Shown here: positions 25,136 to 37,998 of the stretch, piece by piece
Layout: each line of letters starts with the position of its first letter
Numbering within the stretch: the stretch's first letter is position 1
Position numbers and translations under genes: made by a program
DNA from: Moniliella sp. 'wahieum'
Lineage: Eukaryota
Length of the DNA: 64,000 nt
Direction: 5' to 3'
NCBI GenBank assembly: GCA_003971905.1
Contig: RSEE01000021.1
Span: forward strand, 682,001 to 746,000
Notes under the pieces: generated by a model
The model's input: only the letters and a program-made list of their open reading frames with translations
Databases searched by the model: none
Told to the model about the DNA's origin: nothing

Positions 25136-26433
25136 ACTAAGCAAACGAGTGGCAACGATTCCGCCTGCTGGGCTCGTAGAGAGACCGTGCCATGCCCTCT
25201 TCGACATTTAGATCTGACTTTCCTTTCTTTGCTCATGAGCATCAAACTTCGGATGATAGTCTACAAAGTATTTCGCTTTCGTAGCATGTTCATTGCACAT
25301 ATTCAGTGACAGTATCTATCACACTGCTGTTTGGCTATCCCACGAGGGTGTCCCAGTAAAAATCCGGGAACTTTTCTGCAACTAGTGGATTGTGCTAACC
25401 CCAAAGTCATAACATCTATTGCATAACCAAAAAGGGGGGAGTAGAAGACAATAAAAACAATTGCCGTAGTGCCACTGGTCGCATGTCACTAGTATAGCAC
25501 CAAATGAATTCGTGCTATAGGCAGTTACATCACGTGAGTGTCGCGAAAGGAACTAAGAGTATTGAATCCTGTCAAGCTATCACCGTAGAGTCGTGAATAC
25601 AAAGGACGTTAGTGAACATTTCCCCCCAGACCAGGTCGTTTCCTTGCCCTGATATAAACGTCCCGTAAAAAGAAATGTTCTCCATGTCCGCCCGTCCATC
25701 TAGTCATACGAAAAAGACATCGACAGAAGTTTTCTCTGGGTACCGTTCAGCCGGACCACCTGATATAGAGACTGAATCTCGGGTCATGCATGTGTGTGAA
25801 CACGTTTTCGCGAAATGTGTCTAGAGAATCATATGCAATCCACCATTTATAGCAGTGAAGTACAAATTACCCTAATTGTGTGTACGAATAAAAATAGTGA
25901 ATCGTATATCCCCAGTAAGATGATAATTGAATGCCACGACGATGTTTAATCGTCTCATCCGTGCTTCGGCCAAGTGCATGAAGATCTATCTAACAACTCC
26001 ATACAGATTTTTATATCTGCCCATTGGGGTATTTCATACCAGGCATGTGACGACTTCATATATCAATGCAGTGTGTGATGCTTCATAAGACACTATGCAA
26101 CACTACATGGAAGAATTCTTTAATGCTCGGCCTAGATACAAGTATATGACGAGTGAACATATTGCCCAGATACAGTAGTGCAAACAGTCAAATTCGTTCC
26201 CGGATGCTGCCGGTGAGACCAACGGGTGCATTTACATGAATCGGGTCATCATGCATCAACCCTTGTGAATACCACAAAAGGGTATGAATTGTTCACGCTC
26301 TTTTCGTTAGATCAACCCTATCTGTCGGCAAGGAAGCATTCATGAGGGGAGAAGACTGTACAAGTAAGAGACACTAGGGATCAATGATTTGCGGCGGTTT
26401 CTGCCACGGGCCCGTCTTGGAGGCTATCGTATT

Positions 26434-26683
26434 TTTACTTACTTGAGCTGATTTGTACATCTGAACAGGGCTAAGACACGAGGATAGTCCTCACTGTATG
26501 GCAGAGGCGGCTGCAAATGTCGCGATGCTGTGTAGCGCCGGTAACATGTCTGAAGCGTTCGGGTTCAAGGACAGAGTGGCAGCAGCTGCATCTGGAGTAG
26601 GATGTTGGGAGCGGCATGGCTGGAAGCGGGATCACACGCGGCTGAATGTAGCTGTGCTTCGACGTGGCACCTGGGAGGTACAC
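26434..26683 (-). pseudogene. Decayed paralog of the 27400-27874 frame
   Basis: CHSVLEPERFRHVTGATQ..CSRLCHT aligns with CHSLFLSLEDFRYINATSQ..CSRLCYT; DNA colinear; ends at a CAA|GTAAGT donor-like site. Confidence 0.55.
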
Positions 26684-27399
26684 GCGAACTGGATTGACTG
26701 AGGGACGGAGAGCCGAAGAGGGGACTTGAACGTCGAGGCACGGGGCAGGCCCCCCCAGGGGGGCTCGCCCGGGTTTATGGGGTACGATGCCTTAGGAGAC
26801 GAGAAGTCGACTCACTTTCCTCTTCATCCTTCTTCTAGGCAAACTCCACTCTTGCAACCTCCTCGCGGAGACGCTGCCTGGCGTTGCCTAACAAACAGTA
26901 AAGCGCTACTCGCGATCCTCCTACGTTCATGCCAGTGTTCCTTGGATTTTGGATCTGTATCGCGTTCAGTCATCTCGGTGAGTCTTGTCCCGATGGGCAG
27001 GGAAGGTCTCCGCCTGGGAAGCCAGCAACACCATCACAAAGGCGCCACAGTATGTTCGCTTTATTCGTATTAGTGCCACGGATAATTTGGGGGTGTGCAT
27101 TCGTCTGATCCTGTGCAGTCTTAGATTGGTCTGGGTGAGCGCACAGGCCAGTCCATGGCTTCTCCGTTTGCTTGTGCATTAAGAAAGCTCTCAAGGAAAG
27201 AGAACAAAGATATACGGATGCGGATCGCAAGCTTCTCAACATCATATGTCAATAGGGTGAGCTCACATTCCCTGACATACATTATCTACCAAACGGTGCT
27301 TTCCTCTTTCTTTCTGCGAGTGGGATAAAGGGTTGGTGGAACGAGGGACACCCGGTTTTTCAGGAGTACAATCCTTAGGGGTCCCAAGGGTCAACTGAA

Positions 27400-27874
27400 T
27401 TTACTTGCTTGAACTGTGTTTGGTGTATTGGAGCGGAACTAGGGACATGGAGTAGTGACCTCTCGGTGTATAGCAGAGACGGCTGCAGGAGTGTGACAAA
27501 AAGGCTGCCACGTCTGCTTCGGTTTGGGAAGTAGCATTAATGTACCTGAAGTCTTCGAGGCTCAGGAATAGGGAGTGGCACGGGGGATAAACGCCGTCAG
27601 AGACTGTATTCGATCTGGCCGAAGTATAGGACCCACACGAGTCGTCTCTGCAGTGGGGAGCGTAGAGACCAGGACGGGTAGCGAGGAGGTGGCTAAGAGG
27701 AGAGAGAATTGCCTGTACTGAATTGATGGGCAAGGACAAGAGTGAAGACGCCAATGGATCGTGGGGGAAATCCATTACACGGTTGCGGGGTTGGTATGGG
27801 ATAAAACCAAGTTCCCGGAACAAATGGTTTAAAAGCACGACCATAAGCTGTAAGTGGGTTTGGCCATTATCCAT
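27400..27874 (-). pseudogene. Gene fragment of unknown family (TEADVAAFL motif), paralogous to 26434-26683
   Basis: 157-aa ORF with protein-like composition; shared stretches TGCAGCCGyCTCTGCyATACA (19/21) and CAGyTCAAGyAAGTAAA. Confidence 0.5.
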
Positions 27875-28237
27875 ATCTCGCTATAATAGAAGTACTTAGC
27901 TTAACCTCGTGTTAAATTTGCGCCAGGGTTATATCCCAAGCAATTCGCACTTGTTTAATCCTAAGTTCGATCAAATGCATTTTTTGGGTGGGTTAGGGTG
28001 TTCATTCTGGCCTGCGGCCACATCAACTTTTTGTCACACGATCGATATGGGCCATAAGTTGTCCCGGGTCAAAAGTGAACTCTTCCTGACCTTGAGGGGA
28101 ACAGCCGTTTCTTGCGGACGGAAAACCAAGCTTAAATCCTTATTGTTGCCGATTCCGCTCTCGGGATGCAGACAAGCCCATACCGCGAGTCATTTGTACC
28201 ATTTCTGTCAGTGGCGAATATTGTTAGAGGGTGCTGC

Positions 28238-28407
28238 TAGGGTTCTCCTGCGCGGCCCTCAATGGATCCGTGACGCTCGCCTAGCCGAGCGGAAGCGTTC
28301 CGCTCGCAGGCCGCGCACGCCCTGCTCGCTCCATCTCCCTTCTCTCTCTCCTTTCTCCTTCCCTTCAGACGTTGCTTGAAGACTTGTGGCTCACCACTTT
28401 GCCTTCA
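28238..28407 (+). repeat. Diverged direct repeat, copy A
   Basis: Colinear with 30825-30984; exact 29-nt match CTCCTTCCCTTCAGACGTTGCTTGAAGAC at 28355-28383 and 30934-30962; begins with TAGGGTT. Confidence 0.9.
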
Positions 28408-28715
28408 TGCCTCGTCTGAAGGCTGCTTTGCAGCTGATCCATAGGATCGCGAGTGCTCCCAAGTCGCACTCTAGCATATATTGCTTACGGAGAGAGACAA
28501 ACAGGGAAACAACGCAAAAGAGAATTAACACGAGGCAGGGGAAAGAGAGGGGCGGTAGACGCAAGGACAACCTAGCAAGCAGCAGTGGTGAACACGGGAC
28601 GAATATTGTTGCAAATATATACCTATTTCCACCCGGGTAGAAGGAAATTAATAGTTGGGGTAGCGCGGATCATCGCTTGACCATCCGCGATCGAGAACTT
28701 GGTTTTGGGTGTTGG

Positions 28716-29125
28716 TCATCCAACCAATACCTGGGACCAGGGTGAAGCCCCGGTGACGAGGGCGAAGAGATCCTGTAGGCTCAGGTAGGCTCGCCTGCCC
28801 GTCTTGCGCATAACACTATTCGTAGTCGTCATCTTCCCTCTCACATATGTGCATTTATTTCCGTGTAAATCTGCACTCTCTCCACAGTATCTCCCGCACA
28901 AATTCCACTTCCATTCCACAAGGATCGACCGTTCCAGTCCGTGATAGAACCTATCCGGCCCTCCGATTTTCGTTTTGTCTCCAGAATCGTAAACCTGTGT
29001 TCAGACTGTTGTGGTATAATGCAGTGTGGCACGCTATAATACTAGTCTTGTCCGATCCGGTGCATACGCAACAACCTTGCCACACACGCGAAAATAGATG
29101 CCCCAACTAAGTGGGCCTCACCTGG
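28716..29125 (-). pseudogene. Degenerate PD-(D/E)XK-nuclease-like fragment
   Basis: GEAHLVGA (29122-29099), then after a stop and a frameshift IGGPDRFYHGLERSILVEWKW (28967-28905): PD followed by hydrophobic-E-x-K. Confidence 0.4.
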
Positions 29126-30824
29126 TCTCCACAGCTCTGCTCGCATCCAACACCATCAATCGAGCAGGTTCGATCAACTATGAGAAATCCGTTCTTTTCT
29201 CAGGGAGCGCACCCCTAAAATGGAAGGCCGCGGAGCCGGAGATGGAGAGGGTTCTATAGTTTGATAAAAGACCAGTCGTTGCTTCGCACAAACCGGGATC
29301 CGGGATAGTATGTGATTACAGCACATCTCGTCCTAGGAGAGAGCCCCAATTCTTGCTGTTGGGGGGCGCAGAAAACGGGTATGAGCGATGACGGGATTGG
29401 TGGTATATAAAGGGGGAAGATGATATAAATGACCATCCACAGCCACACGAGAGGCAACACACCAGCCCCCCTGGACCCATGCCACATGCAGTTCCTATAT
29501 ATCCCTTTAGCGGGTAGTATTACTACCCTTGGAAAAGAAGAACAAAACGAGCGTTTCAATAAAAAGTTCGTGAACAACCACAGCGGTGGGTGACTTTTCC
29601 GACACAACTATAGGTAGGCAGCGGACGAAACCTTTGGATGGGATCTGTGGTGGACTGAGTAGAACCCTGTGACCTCAGAGAGGCCTCTTAGGTGTAGACC
29701 AAAATGTTCTTGTCTGAAGTTTTGCTGGTTGGGATAACATTGTGGACTTCGGGAGGAAGAAAACTCGTCTGGGGGGTTTTATAACCATTTCCCATTTCAT
29801 TTCGGCTTTTCTTCCTTAATTGCGATTTTCGACCCTGCTTTTATGGCTGCGATTTGGATGCGACCTCTTTATGTATGGCCTGGGCGCGTTTTGAGCAATG
29901 TTTTCCTTGACGCCATTTGGTCCTTTCTCCGGTTAGTAGAAGTACTTTTGTTTTCTCGTCGAGTCCGTGTTGAAGCTACAACTAGGAAGATGACAATATC
30001 CACGTGTACATGGGGATCCTGCCCTTCAATTCATGAGGTGCTGGGAAGAGGAAAATATGCGCTTGGGAAGGTACTAAACGTTATTACTCTCTTGATTTTC
30101 AAAGGTGGTACTGCGCACATTGCTATTGGTGCCTATGTCGTTTTGCTCCACGGATAATGAGTGAAAGCTCCCGACTCTGCTCTCCAGGAGGTCGGACTAG
30201 ATGATGAACAACACAATGCTCAGGTCTTTCTAATGAATCCTGGACTTCAAATCACTAGCCCAAGAGATGAATCGACGCTGTGCTCTTGGTTCTCAAGCCC
30301 AAAGTCGTTGCTTCAAAATCGAGGGGGGGGGGGTATGACAAGAAGGTGCCCCATAGCAACTGCTGCTCCGTTGATCAACGCAGTATCTTTGATCAGATCA
30401 ACAACAGAGCTCTAGTACTCCCATTGCACGTTATGATCCCCTCCATTCGTCTCAAGCTTTTCTCCCGAACGGCGATCACACAGGCGGGATCCCCATTAGT
30501 CTCAACTCAGGATCGCATTATCGATCACGCAGTTATATGTTGACCACTGCAAAATCTGTGGGGGCCACCAAGAATATCAACAGGATGAGTTGGACGCCAC
30601 ATTTTTGGGTTTGGAGGACTGAAGATGCTAGAGTGTGGGCACCCAGTCCCAGAAAAGGAGAGCTTGTACCAGTTACGCTGACATCTTGTCGTTCTCACAG
30701 ACCATAGGCGGTGATATCCTGCCATATAGTTGACGAGGAAAACAAGGATACGGCGGCCGGATCGATACGGATTAGCAGTGTACACTCTCCGTCAGCGCGT
30801 CGACAGTGTTGGAGGGTAGCGTTA

Positions 30825-30984
30825 TAGGGTTCCCCTGGACGGCCCTCGGCTGATCGGTGACGGTCGCTTAGTCAGGCGGAAGAGTTGCTCTCGCAGGTTG
30901 TGCATCCCAGCATCTCCCTTCTCTGCCTCCCACCTCCTTCCCTTCAGACGTTGCTTGAAGACGTGGCTTAGCACTTTGCCTTCA
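30825..30984 (+). repeat. Diverged direct repeat, copy B
   Basis: See copy A; CCGCGCACG in A reads TTGTGCATC in B. Confidence 0.9.
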
Positions 30985-31915
30985 CACCTTGAGCGATTTT
31001 ATGGGATCAGCTTACGTCGCACTCTGGCAGACAGAAGTCTCATGCGTATTAGTCTGGTTGAGACTGAGACAGAACGGTCACGCGTGACGTATCGTATCGG
31101 CCGGCTGTTCTGTTTCCCTGCTGCAGATCATTCTGGAAAGGCTGCCGGCTGATACGTTGATCGTCCGAGCACAAGACCCTCGGGGGATCGTTTGACTCAC
31201 CGATGCGCATGACCAATGGAGCAAGCTGGAAGGGAACAGACATAGGAGTGGGCAGCGCGCACGTGGGCAGAGGCGATGCGCTGATCCGTCCGGGCGAGGC
31301 GGACGATACGGATGCCAGGATTCATTAATCATTGTCTGGGTAGACAAAAAACGCGCCGCTGAGGCAATACTTAGTACTTACTGCGTAGCCATTATTCATT
31401 CCCTATTCACTCTTCCCTCTTCCTGCGTGCTTCGTCGATCATCGACTATCGCCATGCCAGCGCAACCCTACCCTAAGCGAGCTAACCCTAGCGCGCCGTG
31501 CTGCCGACGTGGAGGCCGCCAGGGTGCGCGCTCTGGCATGTGACGCACAGCGCCACTCGCACGCTCGGCAGCCCGGCACTGGCGCCGTGCGGCGGCCTTA
31601 GCGCGTCCGGCCCCGCGCGTGTCAGCGCAGCAGCGCGCCCGCGCCCACACGGGACCCACACTGCCCCCCGGCCGCGCTGCCTGCGGTTGCCCCGCCTTTG
31701 GACGACACGCTGCACAGCGCCAGTGCCGGGGCCGGCGGCCACGGCGCCGGTGTGGCGCGGGAGTGGCGCAGAGCGGGCTGCGCAAGGCTGCGCTCGCGCG
31801 TCGCTCGCAGGCAGCCCGCCGATCTTTCCCTTGCAGGAATCTCCCGCGCCCACTTCTTAAGCTCCGCCCGTGTCACTCCACCTCCTCCTCCACCACCACC
31901 TCCCCCCCCGCCCCC

Positions 31916-33522
<1,607 letters not shown>

Positions 33523-34300
33523 GGCCTCTGCAAGTCTGTGGGCGCTCCTGGCGTCCGGGGCAACAAGACTCACTATGCTGCACTGCACTAATGTACATTT
33601 CTTGCGCTTGGAGGTTGCTTTTTCTCTCTCTCTCGGCGGGTAGTATAGCACGGGACAGAAGCCGAGATCGCGACGGCAGGGCAGGGCGAGGAAAGGAAGA
33701 GGCTGGTCACAAGCAGCATAGCATCCCGCACGACTGGGTCTGCGTGGCATCGTCTTGAGATTGGACATGGGATGGACGAGCGAGGATGGGTGATGTGATG
33801 TTCACCATCCCACTGGTGTTGAACGTTGAATGTTGGGGCGATGCCCCAATCACGCCATCCTGCGTGATAGTCATCACCCCTCTCTTTCCGCCCGGAAGCT
33901 TCCTCAGCTCCGCGGTACCCTCGTCTATATAAGGCCCTACCCTTCTCATAGCCTCCTGTACCTCTCCTCAGAACCACATCCTCCATTCCACTCCTCCTTC
34001 AGCATTGAACACGTTGAACGTGTTGAACGTTGAAGACGTTGAAGGTTGAAGGTTGAAGCTTGAAGCTTGAAGTGTGGTGGCATGTGGGGCATCACTTGGT
34101 TTGATGGCTTGATCGACGTGATCGGCCATGTCGCTGGCAAGCGGAACTGGCTATAGAGCTCCGCGACTCGCCGGATTGTTGTCTCTGACTTTTCCCACCC
34201 TGCACTGCACAGGTGAACTTCTGGTTCTCTCTTCCTGTTCTCTTCCTGCTTCTGGCGCTTGTCCTTGTCCCGCGGTTGCATTGAAGGTTGGACTAGCGTC

Positions 34301-34351
34301 ACGCGCGTCACGCGTTACGCGTTAGGCTTAGCGCTTAGGCCCGTTACGCGT
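34301..34351. promoter_or_regulatory. Cluster of MCB-like ACGCGT sites
   Basis: ACGCGT at 34310, 34317 and 34346 plus ACGCGC at 34301, about 300 nt upstream of the ATG at 34640. Confidence 0.4.
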
Positions 34352-34639
34352 TAAGCCTCAGGTACAAGAAGCTGTCTTTGACTGTTTCCACCCTGCACGG
34401 TGCAATCGTCCATAGCTTGGTAGCGTAGCTACTTTCATCGCACTCACACACTGATCGCCCGGTCCCCCAATTCTTCCGACGCGACAGACGACGCGCCACC
34501 ACAGTGCGCTGGTGCGCCGCCTGCTCTTGAACATTGCAAGCGGTGTAAGCGCCGTTTTCACGCCACAAAGATCCACATGGGCGCGTCGCGTTCCTGAGAA
34601 CCCACACCACCAACCATCATCCCCCCCACCCTAACCGCG

Positions 34640-37600
34640 ATGGCGTCCGAGAAGAATGTGGAGATGAAGATGAAGACGGCGACGGAGACGGATGTGGCGA
34701 TGGAGATGGAGATGGGGATGGAGGCCGTGACGGTGACGGAGACGGGCCATCCAATGCCTGCCAGCACCGTCCCGCCCTGCGCCGGCGCCGCCTCCCCAGA
34801 TCCCGACGCGACTACCGCCCCGCTGAGCCTGCCCAGTCTCAATCGCCTGCTTTCCTCATGCTCGCGTCAACGGTGGGCAAGCTCCGCCTGACGATTTCGC
34901 CGCAGCTGGCTCAGTAAGTCCCATCTCTCTCTCTCTTTCTCCATGCTCATCCACGCACACACCATCCCGAGCGCATGGGCGCCGCCGAGCTCACCTGGTC
35001 TGACCTATCCTGTCCTGACGCGACCCACAGAGTTGTTGCCTCCCTCTCCGCGCCGCTTTCCGAGCCCGATGGGTTGGCGATTCGCGCCGCTGCGGCGCGC
35101 GTGCTGGGTGTGGTGGCGCGTACGCCGGGCCGTATATCAGCCAAGATTGCATCGCACCTGGCACGGGTACGTAGTGTCCCCTCGCTCTTTTCCTGTCTGC
35201 AGCAAGTCATCGACCACACGGTTCAATCCGGTTGTACCTCCTACACCGAGGAGATCAAGGTGATCGAAGCCGTGTTGCGTGCGCTCGGTGCCATTTGGCG
35301 TGTGACCGCCCCCCTGTGTGGCTTGCGCAACTTGCGCTACGGTGCCGGGCCTGGGCCCTACGTCCCCCTCTGGGGGGCCGAGGAGGACGAAGGGTTGCCG
35401 TTGATGGCGCAGCGCATGCTCACCGACAAGCAGACTGCCTGGACTCCTGGATTTTACCCCTACCGCGGCCCCGAGGCTGGTGATGAGGACCAAAGCATGG
35501 CCGAATGGATTTTGCTGCGGTGCATGTGGGTCGCCGAGCTGGACAGCTATGTGTTACCGGGCAACCTGCGCATCCTGCTCAGCTGCGTGTTCCTCACCGA
35601 AGATGTCGTGGTCGGATCTCCGGTCCTGGTCATCCCGCACTCGTACTGCTTCAAGGCACGCCATCATGCGGCGACTTTGGTGGCAGAGATTATTGCTTCG
35701 CAGTTTTCTCCCGACCTTGCTGTTGAGCTTGCGGTTGCCGAACAGTTCCGGTCCAAGGAAGAGTTGGCGCTCTACTATGGCTTGGGCATCGACGACCCCC
35801 AAGCCCGCCACCCTGGCTGGACCAAGGGGCCCTACCTGGACCCGCCGGTTCGACTGAGCCGCAGCCTAAGTGACTCTGCGAAGCTGTACGAATGTGTGCG
35901 CAGTTTGACCCGTACCGCCACTCGGTCTTCACACCGACCTCTGCTTTGCGCGTGACCCCCCCGATGCAGCGGGGCCGGTACTAAGCGCAAACTGTCGTCC
36001 GATCGCGATTCGTGCCCGCGTCCCACCCAGATCTTGAAGATGACAGAGGACAAAAACGGGCCGTGCAAGGAGGAGCCTCAATCGCCTCCGTCGCACCTCC
36101 AGTATGATCAGGAGGAGAATGAGTTCGGGCCCTCCATATCGCCGCTACTGGATTGTGTTGAATCCAACCTGGCTGCCTTGCGTGGTGAACCGGTACGTCG
36201 TGTTCCGTCCTCCGATTTTCGCTGCTTTTGGCTGACGCCCACCGTAGTCGGCGCAACTGCCCCTGATTGACATGTTAGTGGCCTTATGGGCTTTCGAATA
36301 TCACGACAGATATTACTGCGACGGCGTTGACACTGTCACAAACCGACTGACCAAATGGGGCGGTACTGTCTCAAGCCAACTGACCAAATGGGGCAGTGTG
36401 GCCGAGGGAACGAACTGCTGCGCGTGTGGCTGAAAGAATGGTACGTCGTTTATCAATATCACCGCCGACCCTCTCCCCCCCCTCTTCCTGAGACCGCTGT
36501 TGGTTCGCCGGCGCTTCTGGGTTATTGTTGGTACGTGCTGCTAACCCCCACACAGCAATGCGACAGTCCCGCCCTCGCCCGTCAAGCTGTCGGACCACTC
36601 GTTCGTCATGTCACCGCCTGCCTCCCACTTCAAGTCAAGAACCTTCTATGACAAGTGGCTGCGTTTGGGCTCGTACCCATTGACGACGATGATGGCTGCC
36701 CCGCATCGGTTTTACTACGGCATTTTATCCGACGGTATGTCCGAGGTTCCCAACTTCATCCTGGCCTGTCTGTGGAGTCGGCTGGACAAGCAGGGCGCTT
36801 ACTTCGGCCTTGTTGGCCAAGCTGCCCACGCGACCGTTTACCATGGCCCTATCCCCTTGACCCGGCCGAGGCTGCGGACCCGTTGGGCCAATTGGCGCTG
36901 CTGCAGCGGGAAGAAGAAGGGTTACTACGTTGTCTGGCTCGAGGGCGTGGTATCAGGACGTCGTTGCCGGGTGATTGGATCGAGCCGCCCCTGCCCACGG
37001 CGTCGTTGCGCTCGCCATCGCTCGGTGTGCGTGCGGAGGCGATCAAGACGCAGGTGTGGACAATCAAGAGCAGAGGTATTATGCCGAACTGTGGGGATGT
37101 GAAGGAATCTGGTATTCTGGAGCCAGGCGTGCGGTCGTCCTATCTGCTTCCTCCTGCTGAATGGGAGAAGGACGCTCGCTGGTGCGCACTTACTCATTCC
37201 GAAAGCATGCTGAGCATCGTGTATAAGATGTTTCAGATCGAAAGCCGCATGCCGGTTACCCGCCTCCCCTTCCGTCCGACAGCCCGCTGGTGCGTCTGGT
37301 GTTGACGCGGTCTCGGCCCAACTGCATCCGCCCTCGCGACTCGAAGGCTTCCGGAAACCGTACCTGATGTCAGAGATGATGCGTGGGCGCTCGATCGATC
37401 TGCTGGGCTTGATGAGTTTCCGCCCGGGCGCGTTTGAGGAGGTGTGTTACGAGGAGATTGGGGTTCCGTCTTTTTTTGCATTGGCAGGGGAAGACCAGCC
37501 TATTGCGATTCGATGCGCGGCTCTGTACTTTCTGTGCGTTCTCCGGTTTAGCCCAGATTGCCCGCGCACGTTCCACCGCGACGTGCCGCCTGCAGAATGG

Positions 37601-37998
37601 CTTGAGTTTTGCTGCGGCAAGCGCGGGCAGCGGTGAAGTTGGCGCCGTATGTGAGAGAAGCGGCAGTTGGAAGTGTACCACCGTCGGACTACAGTGACGA
37701 CGATGATGCTGGTCGGTGTCTTCGGAGGGGGACACTCGTGTGGAGAAGCTGGGCGACGAGTTTATGAATACCGACTGGATTAAGTGGGGAATACGGAGAG
37801 TACGACGATGTGTGTGAGCTCGTGTTTCGTCTGTGGAAAGAAACGTTTTCGCCGCAGCAACGGGCAGAAGACCATGTGGACGGCGTCCGCCTCTGTCCTT
37901 GCTCCTGTCTGCGACATGATCCGTGCGTTTGGGAAGAGCCGCATTCGTTGGATGGTGCGGAAAATCGATCGCGTGACGGCGGTCCTGAGTGCTTTTGA
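34640..37998 (+). CDS. Hypothetical multi-exon protein with ARM/HEAT-like helical segments
   Basis: IRAAAARVLGVVAR, VPSLFSCL, IEAVLRALGAIW, ARHHAATLVAEII, IAIRCAALYFLCVL; several GT..AG introns visible; may be more than one gene. Confidence 0.45.

Larger units (their letters stand above)
20920..31400. other. Lower-GC island without an intact recognisable gene
   Basis: Hand count 68/180 GC (38%) at 25981-26160 versus 44/60 (73%) at 19441-19500; the ORF track is empty from 24553 to 26470; only short broken ORFs elsewhere. Confidence 0.85.

Noticed and set aside
24161..28010. Possible terminal inverted repeats at ~24160-24260 and ~27880-28010
   Set aside because: Reverse-complement comparison by eye gave only scattered short matches.
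20920..31400. Island as an integrated virus, intact retrotransposon, or alternative-genetic-code region
   Set aside because: No RT, integrase, RdRp, capsid or transposase motif was recognised; all three stop types plus frameshifts interrupt the frames, so one codon reassignment would not open them.
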